A DNA stretch of 64,000 nucleotides, taken from positions 54,188,001 to 54,252,000 of the forward strand of contig OZ024743.1 of the NCBI GenBank assembly GCA_964016885.1, given 5' to 3'. A program made the translations under genes and the position numbers. This document shows, piece after piece, positions 12,801-26,177 of this stretch. The DNA is from Eledone cirrhosa. Taxonomy: Eukaryota. The notes below the pieces were generated by a model. That model was not told the origin of the DNA and did no database searches. It saw only the letters and a list, made by a program, of their open reading frames with translations. Positions within the stretch are counted from its first letter, which is position 1, and every line of letters begins with the position of its first letter.

Positions 12801-15800
12801 GTCTGTCTTTCTGTATGTACGTATAGGCCTGGCTGTCTCTACGTCTGTCAGTGCCCCTGTGTCTCTATGTGTGTGTGTATGTCTGTCTTTCTGTATGTAC
12901 GTATGTGTCTGGCTGTCTCTACGTCTGTCCGTGTCCCTGTGTCTCTATGTGTGTGTGTGTATGTCTATCTTTCTGTATGTACGCATATGCCTGGCTGTCT
13001 CTACGTCTGTCCGTGTCCCTGTGTCTCTATGTGTGTGTGTATGTCTGTCTTTCTGTATGTACGTATATGTCTGGCTGTCTCTGCGTCTGTCCGTGTCCCT
13101 GTGTCTCTATGTGTGTGTGTGTATGTCTGTCTTTCTGTATGTACGTATGTGTCTGGCTGTCTCTACGTCTGTCCGTGTCCCTGTGTCTCTATGTGTGTGT
13201 ATGTATGTCTTTCTGTATGTACGTATGTGTCTGGCTGTCTCTGCGTCTGTCCGTGTCCCTGTGTCTCTATGTGTGTGTGTGTATGTCTGTCTTTCTGTAT
13301 GTACGTATGTGTCTGGCTGTCTCTGCGTCTGTCCGTGTCCCTGTGTCTCTATGTGTGTGTGTGTATGTCTGTCTTTCTGTATGTACGTATGTGTCTGGCT
13401 GTCTCTACGTCTGTCCGTGTCCCTCTGTCTCTATGTGTGTGTGTATGTCTGTCTTTCTGTATGTACGTATGTGTCTGGCTGTCTCTGCGTCTGTCCGTGT
13501 CCCTGTGTCTCTATGTGTGTGTGTATGTCTGTCTTTCTGTATGTACGTATGTGTCTGGCTGTCTCTGCGTCTGTCCGTGTCCCTGTGTCTCTATGTGTGT
13601 GTGTATGTCTGTCTTTCTGTATGTACGTATGTGTCTGGCTGTCTCTACGTCTGTCCGTGTCCCTGTGTCTCTATGTGTGTGTGTATGTCTGTCTTTCTGT
13701 ATGTACGTATGTGTCTGGCTGTCTCTACGTCTGTCCGTGTCCCTGTGTCTCTATGTGTGTGTGTATGTCTGTCTTTCTGTATGTACGTATGTGTCTGGCT
13801 GTCTCTACGTCTGTCCGTGTCCCTGTGTCTCTATGTGTGTGTATGTATGTCTTTCTGTATGTACGTATGTGTCTGGCTGTCTCTGCGTCTGTCCGTGTCC
13901 CTGTGTCTCTATGTGTGTGTGTGTATGTCTGTCTTTCTGTATGTACGTATGTGTCTGGCTGTCTCTGCGTCTGTCCGTGTCCCTGTGTCTCTATGTGTGT
14001 GTGTATGTCTGTCTTTCTGTATGTACGTATGTGTCTGGCTGTCTCTACGTCTGTCCGTGTCCCTGTGTCTCTATGTGTGTGTGTGTATGTCTGTCTTTCT
14101 GTATGTACGTATATGTCTGGCTGTCTCTGCGTCTGTCCGTGTCCCTGTGTCTCTATGTGTGTGTGTGTCTGTCTTTCTGTATGTACGTATGTGTCTGGCT
14201 GTCTCGGTGTCTGTCCGTGTCCCTGCGTCTCTATGTGTGTGTGTGTATGTCTGTCTTTCTGTATGTACGTATGTGTCTGGCTGTCTCTGCGTCTGTCCGT
14301 GTCCCTGTGTCTCTATGTGTGTGTGTGTATGTCTGTCTTTCTGTATGTACGTATGTGTCTGGCTGTCTCTGCGTCTGTCCGTGTCCCTGTGTCTCTATGT
14401 GTGTGTGTATGTCTGTCTTTCTGTATGTACGTATGTGCCTGGCTGTCTCTGCGTCTCTCCGTGTCCCTGTGTCTCTATGTGTGTGTGTGTATGTCTGTCT
14501 TTCTGTATGTACGTATATGCCTGGCTGTCTCTACGTCTGTCCGTGTCCCTGTATCTCTATGTGTGTGTGTGTATGTCTGTCTTTCTGTATGTACGTATGT
14601 GTCTGGCTGTCTCTGCGTCTGTCCGTGTCCCTGTGTCTCTATGTGTGTGTGTGTATGTCTGTCTTTCTGTATGTACGTATGTGCCTGGCTGTCTCTGCGT
14701 CTGTCCGTGTCCCTGTGTCTCTATGTGTGTGTGTGTATGTCTGTCTTTCTGTATGTACGTATGTTTCTGGCTGTCTCTGCGTCTGTCCGTGTCCCTATGT
14801 CTCTATATGTGTGTGTATGTCTGTCTTTCTGTATGTACGTATGTGCCTGGCTGTCTCTGCGTCTGTCCGTGTCCCTGTGTCTCTGTGTGTGTGTATGTAT
14901 GTCTTTCTGTATGTACGTATGTGTCTGGCTGTCTCTGCGTCTGTCCGTGTCCCTGTGTCTCTATGTGTGTGTATGTATGTCTGTCTTTCTGTATGTACGT
15001 ATGTGCCTGGGTGTCTCTACGTCTGTCCATGTCCCTGTGTCTCTATGTGTGTGTGTGTATGTCTGTCTTTCTGTATATACGTATGTGCCTGGCTTTCTCA
15101 ACGTCTGTCCATGTCCCTGTGTCTCTATGTGTGTGTATGTATGTCTGTCTTTCTGTATGTACGTATGTGCCTGGCTGTCTCTGCGTCTGTCCATGTCCCT
15201 GTGTCTCTATGTGTGTGTATGTATGTCTGTCTTTCTGTATGTACGTATGTGCCTGGCTGTCTCTGCGTCTGTCCGTGTCCCTGGGTCTCTATGTGTGTGT
15301 ATGTATGTCTTTCTGTATGTACGTATGTGTCTGGCTGTCTCTGCGTCTGTCCGTGTCCCTGTGTCTCTATGTGTGTGAGTGTATGTCTGTCTTTCTGTAT
15401 GTACCTATGTGCCTGGATGTCTCTGCGTCTGTCCGTGTCCCTGTGTCTCTATGTGTGTGAGTGTATGTCTGTCTTTCTGTATGTACGTATGTGCCTGGCT
15501 GTCTCTGCGTCTGTCCATGTCCCTGTGTCTCTATGTGTGTGTATGTATGTCTGTCTTTCTGTATGTACGTATGTGCCTGGCTGTCTCTGCGTCTGTCCGT
15601 GTCCCTGGGTCTCTATGTGTGTGTATGTATGTCTTTCTGTATGTACGTATGTGTCTGGCTGTCTCTGCGTCTGTCCGTGTCCCTGTGTCTCTATGTGTGT
15701 GTGTGTATGTCTGTCTTTCTGTATGTACGTATGTGTCTGGCTGTCTCTGCGTCTGTCCGTGTCCCTGTGTCTCTATGTGTGTGAGTGTATGTCTGTCTTT

Positions 15801-18800
15801 CTGTATGTACGTATGTGCCTGGCTGTCTCTGCGTCTGTCCGTGTCCCTGGGTCTCTATGTGTGTGTATGTATGTCTTTCTGTATGTACGTATGTGTCTGG
15901 CTGTCTCTGCGCCTGTCCGTGTCCCTGTGTCTCTATGTGTGTGTGTGTATGTCTGTCTTTCTGTATGTACGTATGTGCCTGGCTGTCTCTGCGTCTGTCC
16001 GTGTCCCTGTGTCTCTGTGTGTGTGTATGTATGTCTTTCTGTATGTACGTATGTGTCTGGCTGTCTCTGCGTCTGTCCGTGTCCCTGTGTCTCTATGTGT
16101 GTGTATGTATGTCTGTCTTTCTGCATGTACGTATGTGCCTGGGTGTCTCTACGTCTGTCCATGTCCCTGTGTCTCTATGTGTGTGTGTGTATGTCTGTCT
16201 TTCTGTATATACGTATGTGCCTGGCTGTCTCTGCGTCTGTCCATGTCCCTGTGTCTCTATGTGTGTGTATGTATGTCTTTCTGTATGTACGTATGTGTCT
16301 GGCTGTCTCTGCGTCTGTCCGGGTCCCTGTGTCTCTATGTGTGTGTGTGTATGTCTGTCTTTCTGTATGTACGTATGTGCCTGGCTGTCTCTGCGTCTCT
16401 CCGTGTCCCTGTGTATCTATGTGTGTGTGTATGACTATCTTTCTGTATGTACGTATGTGCCTGGTTGTCTCTGCGTCTGTCCGTGTCCCTGTGTCTCTAT
16501 GTGTGTGTGTATGTCTGTCTTTCTGTATGTACGTATATGCCTGGCTGTCTCTCAGTCTGTCCGTGTCCCTGTGTCTCTATGTGTGTGTGTATGTCTGTCT
16601 TTCTGTATGTACGTATGTGTCTGGCTGTCTCTACGTCTGTCCGTGTCCCTGTGTCTCTATGTGTGTGTGTGTATGTCTGTCTTTCTGTATGTACGTATAG
16701 GCCTGGCTGTCTCTACGTCTGTCAGTGCCCCTGTGTCTCTATGTGTGTGTGTATGTCTGTCTTTCTGTATGTACGTATGTGTCTGGCTGTCTCTACGTCT
16801 GTCCGTGTCCCTGTGTCTCTATGTGTGTGTGTGTATGTCTATCTTTCTGTATGTACGCATATGCCTGGCTGTCTCTACGTCTGTCCGTGTCCCTGTGTCT
16901 CTATGTGTGTGTGTATGTCTGTCTTTCTGTATGTACGTATATGTCTGGCTGTCTCTGCGTCTGTCCGTGTCCCTGTGTCTCTATGTGTGTGTGTGTATGT
17001 CTGTCTTTCTGTATGTACGTATGTGTCTGGCTGTCTCTACGTCTGTCCGTGTCCCTGTGTCTCTATGTGTGTGTATGTATGTCTTTCTGTATGTACGTAT
17101 GTGTCTGGCTGTCTCTGCGTCTGTCCGTGTCCCTGTGTCTCTATGTGTGTGTGTGTATGTCTGTCTTTCTGTATGTACGTATGTGTCTGGCTGTCTCTGC
17201 GTCTGTCCGTGTCCCTGTGTCTCTATGTGTGTGTGTGTATGTCTGTCTTTCTGTATGTACGTATGTGTCTGGCTGTCTCTACGTCTGTCCGTGTCCCTCT
17301 GTCTCTATGTGTGTGTGTATGTCTGTCTTTCTGTATGTACGTATGTGTCTGGCTGTCTCTGCGTCTGTCCGTGTCCCTGTGTCTCTATGTGTGTGTGTAT
17401 GTCTGTCTTTCTGTATGTACGTATGTGTCTGGCTGTCTCTGCGTCTGTCCGTGTCCCTGTGTCTCTATGTGTGTGTGTATGTCTGTCTTTCTGTATGTAC
17501 GTATGTGTCTGGCTGTCTCTACGTCTGTCCGTGTCCCTGTGTCTCTATGTGTGTGTGTATGTCTGTCTTTCTGTATGTACGTATGTGTCTGGCTGTCTCT
17601 ACGTCTGTCCGTGTCCCTGTGTCTCTATGTGTGTGTGTATGTCTGTCTTTCTGTATGTACGTATGTGTCTGGCTGTCTCTACGTCTGTCCGTGTCCCTGT
17701 GTCTCTATGTGTGTGTATGTATGTCTTTCTGTATGTACGTATGTGTCTGGCTGTCTCTGCGTCTGTCCGTGTCCCTGTGTCTCTATGTGTGTGTGTGTAT
17801 GTCTGTCTTTCTGTATGTACGTATGTGTCTGGCTGTCTCTGCGTCTGTCCGTGTCCCTGTGTCTCTATGTGTGTGTGTATGTCTGTCTTTCTGTATGTAC
17901 GTATGTGTCTGGCTGTCTCTACGTCTGTCCGTGTCCCTGTGTCTCTATGTGTGTGTGTGTATGTCTGTCTTTCTGTATGTACGTATATGTCTGGCTGTCT
18001 CTGCGTCTGTCCGTGTCCCTGTGTCTCTATGTGTGTGTGTGTCTGTCTTTCTGTATGTACGTATGTGTCTGGCTGTCTCGGTGTCTGTCCGTGTCCCTGC
18101 GTCTCTATGTGTGTGTGTGTATGTCTGTCTTTCTGTATGTACGTATGTGTCTGGCTGTCTCTGCGTCTGTCCGTGTCCCTGTGTCTCTATGTGTGTGTGT
18201 GTATGTCTGTCTTTCTGTATGTACGTATGTGTCTGGCTGTCTCTGCGTCTGTCCGTGTCCCTGTGTCTCTATGTGTGTGTGTATGTCTGTCTTTCTGTAT
18301 GTACGTATGTGTCTGGCTGTCTCTACGTCTGTCCGTGTCCCTGTGTCTCTATGTGTGTGTGTGTATGTCTGTCTTTCTGTATGTACGTATATGTCTGGCT
18401 GTCTCTGCGTCTGTCCGTGTCCCTGTGTCTCTATGTGTGTGTGTGTCTGTCTTTCTGTATGTACGTATGTGTCTGGCTGTCTCGGTGTCTGTCCGTGTCC
18501 CTGCGTCTCTATGTGTGTGTGTGTATGTCTGTCTTTCTGTATGTACGTATGTGTCTGGCTGTCTCTGCGTCTGTCCGTGTCCCTGTGTCTCTATGTGTGT
18601 GTGTGTATGTCTGTCTTTCTGTATGTACGTATGTGCCTGGCTGTCTCTACGTCTGTCCGTGTCCCTGTGTCTCTATGTGTGTGTGTGTATGTCTGTCTTT
18701 CTGTATGTACGTATGTGCCTGGCTGTCTCTGCGTCTGTCCGTGTTCCTGTGTCTCTATGTGTGTGTATGTATGTCTTTCTGTATGTACGTATGTGTCTGG

Positions 18801-21800
18801 CTGTCTCTGCGTCTGTCCGTGTCCCTGTGTCTCTATGTGTGTGTGTGTATGTCTGTCTTTCTGTATGTACGTATGTGCCTGGCTGTCTCTGCGTCTGTCC
18901 GTGTCCCTGTGTCTCTATGTGTGTGTATGTCTGTCTTTCTGTATGTACGTATGTGTCTGGCTGTCTCTGCGTCTGTCCGTGTCCTTGTGTCTCTATGTGT
19001 GTGTGTGTATGTCTGTCTTTCTGTATGTACGTATGTGCCTGGCTGTCTCTGCGTCTGTCCGTGTCCCTGCCTCTCTATGTGTGTGTGCATGTCTATCTTT
19101 CTGTATGTACGTATGTGCCTGGTTGTCTCTGCGTCTGTCCGTGTCCCTGTGTCTCTATGTGTTTGTGTGTATGTCTGTCTTTCTGTATGTACGTATATGC
19201 TTGGCTGTCTCTACGTCTGTCCTTGTCCCTGTGTCTCTATATGTGTGTGTATGTCTGTCTTTCTGTATGTACGTATGTGTCTAGGTGTCTCTACGTCTGT
19301 CCGTGTCCCTGTGTCTCTATGTGTGAGTGTGTATGTCTGTCTTTCTGTATGTACGTATGTGTCTGGCTGTCTCTATGTCTGTCCGTGTCCCTGTGTCTCT
19401 ATGTGTGTGTGTGTATGTCTGTCTTTCTGTATGTACGTATATGCCTGGCTGTCTCGACGTCTGTCCGTGTCCCTGTGTCTCTATGTGTGTGTGTATGTCT
19501 GTCTTTCTGTATGTACGTATATGTCTGGCTGTCTCTGCGTCTGTCCGTGTCCCTGTGTCTCTATGTGTGTGTGTATGTCTGTCTTTCTGTATGTACGTAT
19601 GTGTCTGGCTGTCTCTGCGTCTGTCCGTGTCTCTGTGTCTCTATGTGTGTGTATGTATGTCTGTCTTTCTGTATGTACGTATGTGCCTGGCTGTCTCTGC
19701 GTCTGTCCGTGTCCCTGTGTCTCTATGTGTGTGTGTATGTCTGTCTTTCTGTATGTACGTATGTGTCTGGCTGTCTCTGCGTCTGTCCGTGTCCCTGTGT
19801 CTCTATGTGTGTGTGTATGTCTGTCTTTCTGTATGTACGTATATGTCTGGCTGTCTCTGCGTCTGTCCGTGTCCCTGTGTCTCTATGTGTGTGTGTGTAT
19901 GTCTGTCTTTCTGTATGTACGTATGTGTCTGGCTGTCTCTGCGTCTGTCCGTGTCCCTGTGTCTCTATGTGTGTGTGTGTATGTCTGTCTTTCTGTATGT
20001 ACGTATGTGTCTCGCTGTCTCTGCGTCTGTCCGTGTCCCTGTGTCTCTATGTGTGTGTGTATGTCTGTCTTTCTGTATGTACGTATATGTCTGGCTGTCT
20101 CTGCGTCTGTCCGTGTCCCTGTGTCTCTATGTGTGTGTGTGTATGTCTGTCTTTCTGTATGTACGTATGTGTCTGGCTGTCTCTGCGTCTGTCCGTGTCC
20201 CTGTGTCTCTCTATGTGTGTGTGTATGTCTGTCTTTCTGTATGTACGTATGTGTCTGGCTGTCTCTGCGTCTGTCCGTGTCCCTGTGTCTCTATATGTGT
20301 GTGTATGTCTGTCTTTCTGTATGTACGTATGTGTCTGGCTGTCTCTGCGTCTGTCCGTGTCCCTGTGTCTCTATATGTGTGTGTATGTCTGTCTTTCTGT
20401 ATGTACGTATGTGTCTGGCTGTTTCTGCGTCTGTCCGTGTCCCTGTGTCTCTGTGTGTGTATGTCTTTCTGTATGTACGTATGTGTCTGGCTGTCTCTGC
20501 GTCTGTCCGTCTCCCTGTGTCTCTATGTGTGTGTGTGTATGTCTTTCTGTATGTACGTATGTGTCTGGCTGTCTCTGCGTCTGTACGTGTCACTGTGTCT
20601 CTATGTGTGTGTGTGTATGTCTTTCTGTATGTACGTATGTGTCTGGCTGTCTCTGCGTCTGTCCGTGTCCCTGTGTCTCTATGTGTGTGTGTGTATGTCT
20701 GTCTTTCTGTATGTACGTATGTGCCTGGCTGTCTCTACGTCTGTCCGTGTCCCTGTGTCTCTATGTGTGTGTGTGTATGTCTGTCTTTCTGTATGTACGT
20801 ATGTGCCTGGCTGTCTCTGCGTCTGTCCGTGTCCCTGTGTCTCTATGTGTGTGTGTGTATGTCTGTCTTTCTGTATGTACGTATGTGTCTGGCTGTCTCT
20901 GCGTCTGTCCGTGTCCCTTTGTCTCTATGTGTGTGTGTGTATGTCTGTCTTTCTGTATGTACGTATGTGCCTGGCTGTCTCTACGTCTGTCCGTGTCCCT
21001 GTGTCTCTATGTGTGTGTGTGTATGTCTGTCTTTCTGTATGTACGTATGTGTCTGGCTGTCTCTGCGTCTGTCCGTGTCTCTGTGTCTCTATGTGTGTGT
21101 GCATGTCTGTCTTTCTGTATGTACGTATGTGCCTGGCTGTTTCTGCATCTGTCCGTGTCCCTGTGTCTCTATATGTGTGTGTGTGTATGTCTGTCTTTCT
21201 GTATGTACGTATGTGTCTGGCTGTCTCTACGTCTGTCCGTGTCCCTGTGTCTCTATGTGTGTGTGTGTATGTCTGTCTTTCTGTATGTACGTATATGTCT
21301 GGCTGTCTCTGCGTCTGTCCGTGTCCCTGTGTCTCTATGTGTGTGTGTGTCTGTCTTTCTGTATGTACGTATGTGTCTGGCTGTCTCGGTGTCTGTCCGT
21401 GTCCCTGCGTCTCTATGTGTGTGTGTGTATGTCTGTCTTTCTGTATGTACGTATGTGTCTGGCTGTCTCTGCGTCTGTCCGTGTCCCTGTGTCTCTATGT
21501 GTGTGTGTGTATGTCTGTCTTTCTGTATGTACGTATGTGCCTGGCTGTCTCTACGTCTGTCCGTGTCCCTGTGTCTCTATGTGTGTGTATGTATGTCTGT
21601 CTTTCTGTATGTACGTATGTGCCTGGCTGTCTCTGCGTCTGTCCGTGTTCCTGTGTCTCTATGTGTGTGTATGTATGTCTTTCTGTATGTACGTATGTGT
21701 CTGGCTGTCTCTGCGTCTGTCCGTGTCCCTGTGTCTCTATGTGTGTGTGTGTATGTCTGTCTTTCTGTATGTACGTATGTGCCTGGCTGTCTCTGCGTCT

Positions 21801-24150
21801 GTCCGTGTCCCTGTGTCTCTATGTGTGTGTATGTCTGTCTTTCTGTATGTACGTATGTGTCTGGCTGTCTCTGCGTCTGTCCGTGTCCTTGTGTCTCTAT
21901 GTGTGTGTGTGTATGTCTGTCTTTCTGTATGTACGTATGTGCCTGGCTGTCTCTGCGTCTGTCCGTGTCCCTGCCTCTCTATGTGTGTGTGCATGTCTAT
22001 CTTTCTGTATGTACGTATGTGCCTGGTTGTCTCTGCGTCTGTCCGTGTCCCTGTGTCTCTATGTGTTTGTGTGTATGTCTGTCTTTCTGTATGTACGTAT
22101 ATGCTTGGCTGTCTCTACGTCTGTCCTTGTCCCTGTGTCTCTATATGTGTGTGTATGTCTGTCTTTCTGTATGTACGTATGTGTCTAGGTGTCTCTACGT
22201 CTGTCCGTGTCCCTGTGTCTCTATGTGTGAGTGTGTATGTCTGTCTTTCTGTATGTACGTATGTGTCTGGCTGTCTCTATGTCTGTCCGTGTCCCTGTGT
22301 CTCTATGTGTGTGTGTGTATGTCTGTCTTTCTGTATGTACGTATATGCCTGGCTGTCTCGACGTCTGTCCGTGTCCCTGTGTCTCTATGTGTGTGTGTAT
22401 GTCTGTCTTTCTGTATGTACGTATATGTCTGGCTGTCTCTGCGTCTGTCCGTGTCCCTGTGTCTCTATGTGTGTGTGTATGTCTGTCTTTCTGTATGTAC
22501 GTATGTGTCTGGCTGTCTCTGCGTCTGTCCGTGTCCCTGTGTCTCTATGTGTGTGTGTATGTCTGTCTTTCTGTATGTACGTATATGTCTGGCTGTCTCT
22601 GCGTCTGTCCGTGTCCCTGTGTCTCTATGTGTGTGTGTGTATGTCTGTCTTTCTGTATGTACGTATGTGTCTGGCTGTCTCTGCGTCTGTCCGTGTCCCT
22701 GTGTCTCTATGTGTGTGTGTGTATGTCTGTCTTTCTGTATGTACGTATGTGTCTCGCTGTCTCTGCGTCTGTCCGTGTCCCTGTGTCTCTATGTGTGTGT
22801 GTATGTCTGTCTTTCTGTATGTACGTATATGTCTGGCTGTCTCTGCGTCTGTCCGTGTCCCTGTGTCTCTATGTGTGTGTGTGTATGTCTGTCTTTCTGT
22901 ATGTACGTATGTGTCTGGCTGTCTCTGCGTCTGTCCGTGTCCCTGTGTCTCTCTATGTGTGTGTGTATGTCTGTCTTTCTGTATGTACGTATGTGTCTGG
23001 CTGTCTCTGCGTCTGTCCGTGTCCCTGTGTCTCTATATGTGTGTGTATGTCTGTCTTTCTGTATGTACGTATGTGTCTGGCTGTCTCTGCGTCTGTCCGT
23101 GTCCCTGTGTCTCTATATGTGTGTGTATGTCTGTCTTTCTGTATGTACGTATGTGTCTGGCTGTTTCTGCGTCTGTCCGTGTCCCTGTGTCTCTGTGTGT
23201 GTATGTCTTTCTGTATGTACGTATGTGTCTGGCTGTCTCTGCGTCTGTCCGTCTCCCTGTGTCTCTATGTGTGTGTGTGTATGTCTTTCTGTATGTACGT
23301 ATGTGTCTGGCTGTCTCTGCGTCTGTACGTGTCACTGTGTCTCTATGTGTGTGTGTGTATGTCTTTCTGTATGTACGTATGTGTCTGGCTGTCTCTGCGT
23401 CTGTCCGTGTCCCTGTGTCTCTATGTGTGTGTGTGTATGTCTGTCTTTCTGTATGTACGTATGTGCCTGGCTGTCTCTACGTCTGTCCGTGTCCCTGTGT
23501 CTCTATGTGTGTGTGTGTATGTCTGTCTTTCTGTATGTACGTATGTGCCTGGCTGTCTCTGCGTCTGTCCGTGTCCCTGTGTCTCTATGTGTGTGTGTGT
23601 ATGTCTGTCTTTCTGTATGTACGTATGTGTCTGGCTGTCTCTGCGTCTGTCCGTGTCCCTTTGTCTCTATGTGTGTGTGTGTATGTCTGTCTTTCTGTAT
23701 GTACGTATGTGCCTGGCTGTCTCTACGTCTGTCCGTGTCCCTGTGTCTCTATGTGTGTGTGTGTATGTCTGTCTTTCTGTATGTACGTATGTGTCTGGCT
23801 GTCTCTGCGTCTGTCCGTGTCTCTGTGTCTCTATGTGTGTGTGCATGTCTGTCTTTCTGTATGTACGTATGTGCCTGGCTGTTTCTGCATCTGTCCGTGT
23901 CCCTGTGTCTCTATATGTGTGTGTGTGTATGTCTGTCTTTCTGTATGTACGTATGTGCCTGGCTGTCTCTGCGTCTGTCCGTGTCCCTGTGTCTCTATGT
24001 GTGTATGTGTATGTCTGTCTTTCTGTATGTACGTATGTGCCTGGCTGTCTCTACGTCTGTCCGTGTCCCTGTGTCTCTATGTGTGTGTGTGCATGTCTGT
24101 TTTTCTGTATGTACGTATGTGCCTGGCTTTCTCTGCGTTTCTCCGTGTGT
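827..24150. repeat. Tandem satellite array, ~78-82 bp unit, roughly 285-290 copies
   Basis: Consensus atgtacgtatgtg(t/c)ctggctgtctct(g/a)cgtctgtccgtgtccctgtgtctctat(gt)5-6atgtctgtctttctgt repeats continuously. Unit length varies in 2-bp steps. The flanks are degenerate (GT/CT)n. Confidence 0.98.
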
Positions 24151-24156
24151 TTGTCT

Positions 24157-24218
<62 letters not shown>

Positions 24219-24428
24219 TTATATATATATATATATATATGCCTGCCCGTTTGTGTGTCTGTCAGTCATTTTGTCTGTCTGTCTATCAAGTCTCTCCTTG
24301 TCTGTGTGTTAGCCAGCCTGTGTCTGTCAGCCTGTCTGTATACGTGTAAGTATATATTTGCATGTGTCTGTCTCTGTCATTGTTTCTACCTCTATGCCTT
24401 TCTCTCTATCTATCTGTGTCTATGTGTT

Positions 24429-25692
24429 AGCGTCCGTCACTTACTACCGCCTGACTGTCGTGCCTTGCCCTAAGGAAACACTCACCACCATGGAACGCAT
24501 GCTCTTCCAATTTCTTTGGAAGAAGCGCTCTCCTATGGTGAGAAGATCCATCTGCTGCCAACAACCTTCAAAAGGAGGGCTGGGGATGCCGTGTTTGATG
24601 ATGCGTAGGCACGCATTAAGGTTACGGCACCTACAGGCTTTCCTCACTGGTCAACCGGTGTGGGCTCCGTTCGTGAAACGAGCCTTTCCGAGACTCGTCT
24701 CGCTCACCGAGCTGCAGTCCTGGGTCAAGCAAAGATCCGGAAAACTGGGAGACTGGCACACTGAGTGTGCCCAGGCGCTCAGGGCTTTCTGGCAAGCGGG
24801 CCCGGCAATCGGTGGAGAATCCACCTCATCATTCTATAGAGGGCTGGTGGCTAGCAGGGGCGATGACACCCTTGGAGAGTCGCTGGACATGGAAGAGGAC
24901 GAACTGGCCAGCCTGTTCGGTAGGACTTTCAGCCCGGGACCAATGGACAACTTCCAGAAGTCACTAGCCTGGCAGTGCTACCGGGGGGCTCTACCCGTTC
25001 GAGAGAGGCTCTACAGACACGGGCGCCCGGGCAGGGATCCATCGAAAAAGATTTGCCCTAGATGCGTGCGACACGAAGAAACCGTTGCGCACGCATTGGT
25101 GCAATGTCCGGGCGTGGCTGATCTGTGGGGTTACGCCGAACGACTGCTGTCGCGGGTGGCGCCGATTCGATTGACCGCCGAGTCCGTGATGATAATCAAG
25201 CCGCCTCCCCTCTTCACAAAGGAAGCAAAGGCGGTTTTTCTGTGCGTAATAGCCATGTTGAAAGAGGTTGTTTGGTGGACACGATTGAAAGGTCTGAGGT
25301 CAGGCAACTTCCTCTCTGGCCATAGTCTGGTCTACTTCTTCCGATATCACTTCGGAAGAAGGATAACAATGGAGAAAGAGGTGCTTGGCCACAGGCAGTT
25401 TTATGAAAGGTGGGTGATAGTGGCGAGAAAGGCTCGTGTAAATGGGCCTTCTCTGTATTCCATCCTGTAGGTAAAGAAGTGAAGGAGAGGGGAGCACCCT
25501 CTCCATGTGCTCCCCGGGCAAAGGATTGCACACTTTTTCGGGGGGGGGGGGGGTGCAACCCCCATCACGTCCCCTCCCTTTTGAGGTTGTTTTCGATTAT
25601 TTTCATTTTATACTCTTTTTACTCGGTTTTATGTAAATTCCCCCTTTGTATTTGTCCCTTCTTTTTATGCCTTTATGATAATTAAAGAAATA
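24429..25692 (+). mobile_element. 5'-truncated L1/Tx1-clade LINE (copy A) with 18-bp TSD
   Basis: Encodes the ORF2 C-terminus (YYRLTVVPCP...CPRCVRHEETVAHALVQC...stop 25470), closely matching 53416-54459. TSD tatctgtgtctatgtgtt lies at 24411-24428 and 25693-25710. Confidence 0.93.
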
Positions 25693-25754
25693 TATCTGTG
25701 TCTATGTGTTGTCTGTATGTTGTTTTGTTTGTATGTTCATCAGTCTGGCTATGC

Positions 25755-25961
<207 letters not shown>

Positions 25962-26160
25962 CGTAGGTCCCGGGTTGAGTCGGGGATAACCACAGTAAGT
26001 AAGGTACTCAATACATGGCAGAGTAAAATTTTTTATTTTATAGAAGGAGCTTCTACAGGACTAGTACTGTTTCATTCAGATGAAATCTTCAGGAAGCCTG
26101 GCTTCCTGAAGATTTCATCTGAATGAAACAGTACTAGTCCTGTAGAAGCTCCTTCTATAA
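25962..26160 (-). mobile_element. Penelope-like pLTR fragment with fold-back palindrome, in (TA)n
   Basis: Perfect 61-bp arms 26038-26098 and 26100-26160 with a 1-nt loop. Contains a hammerhead and is flanked by (TA)n on both sides. Confidence 0.75.
26101..26149 (+). ncRNA. Type I hammerhead ribozyme (mirror copy on - strand at 26049-26097)
   Basis: gcttc CTGAAGA t-ttc-atct-gaa-t GAA ACAG tactagtc CTGT A gaagc: 5-bp stem I, 4-bp stem III, GUA cleavage triplet. Confidence 0.8.
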
Positions 26161-26177
26161 TATATATATATATATAT

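Noticed and set aside
827-24150. CRISPR-like or coded array
   Set aside because: There are no unique spacers and no cas genes; variation is point changes and GT copy number in a eukaryotic satellite.
699-24473. Giant Cys/Val/Leu-rich ORFs up to 2854 aa
   Set aside because: The satellite + strand almost never contains TAA/TAG/TGA, so all three frames are open. Two-bp indels cycle the same peptide through the frames, so there is no frame constraint.
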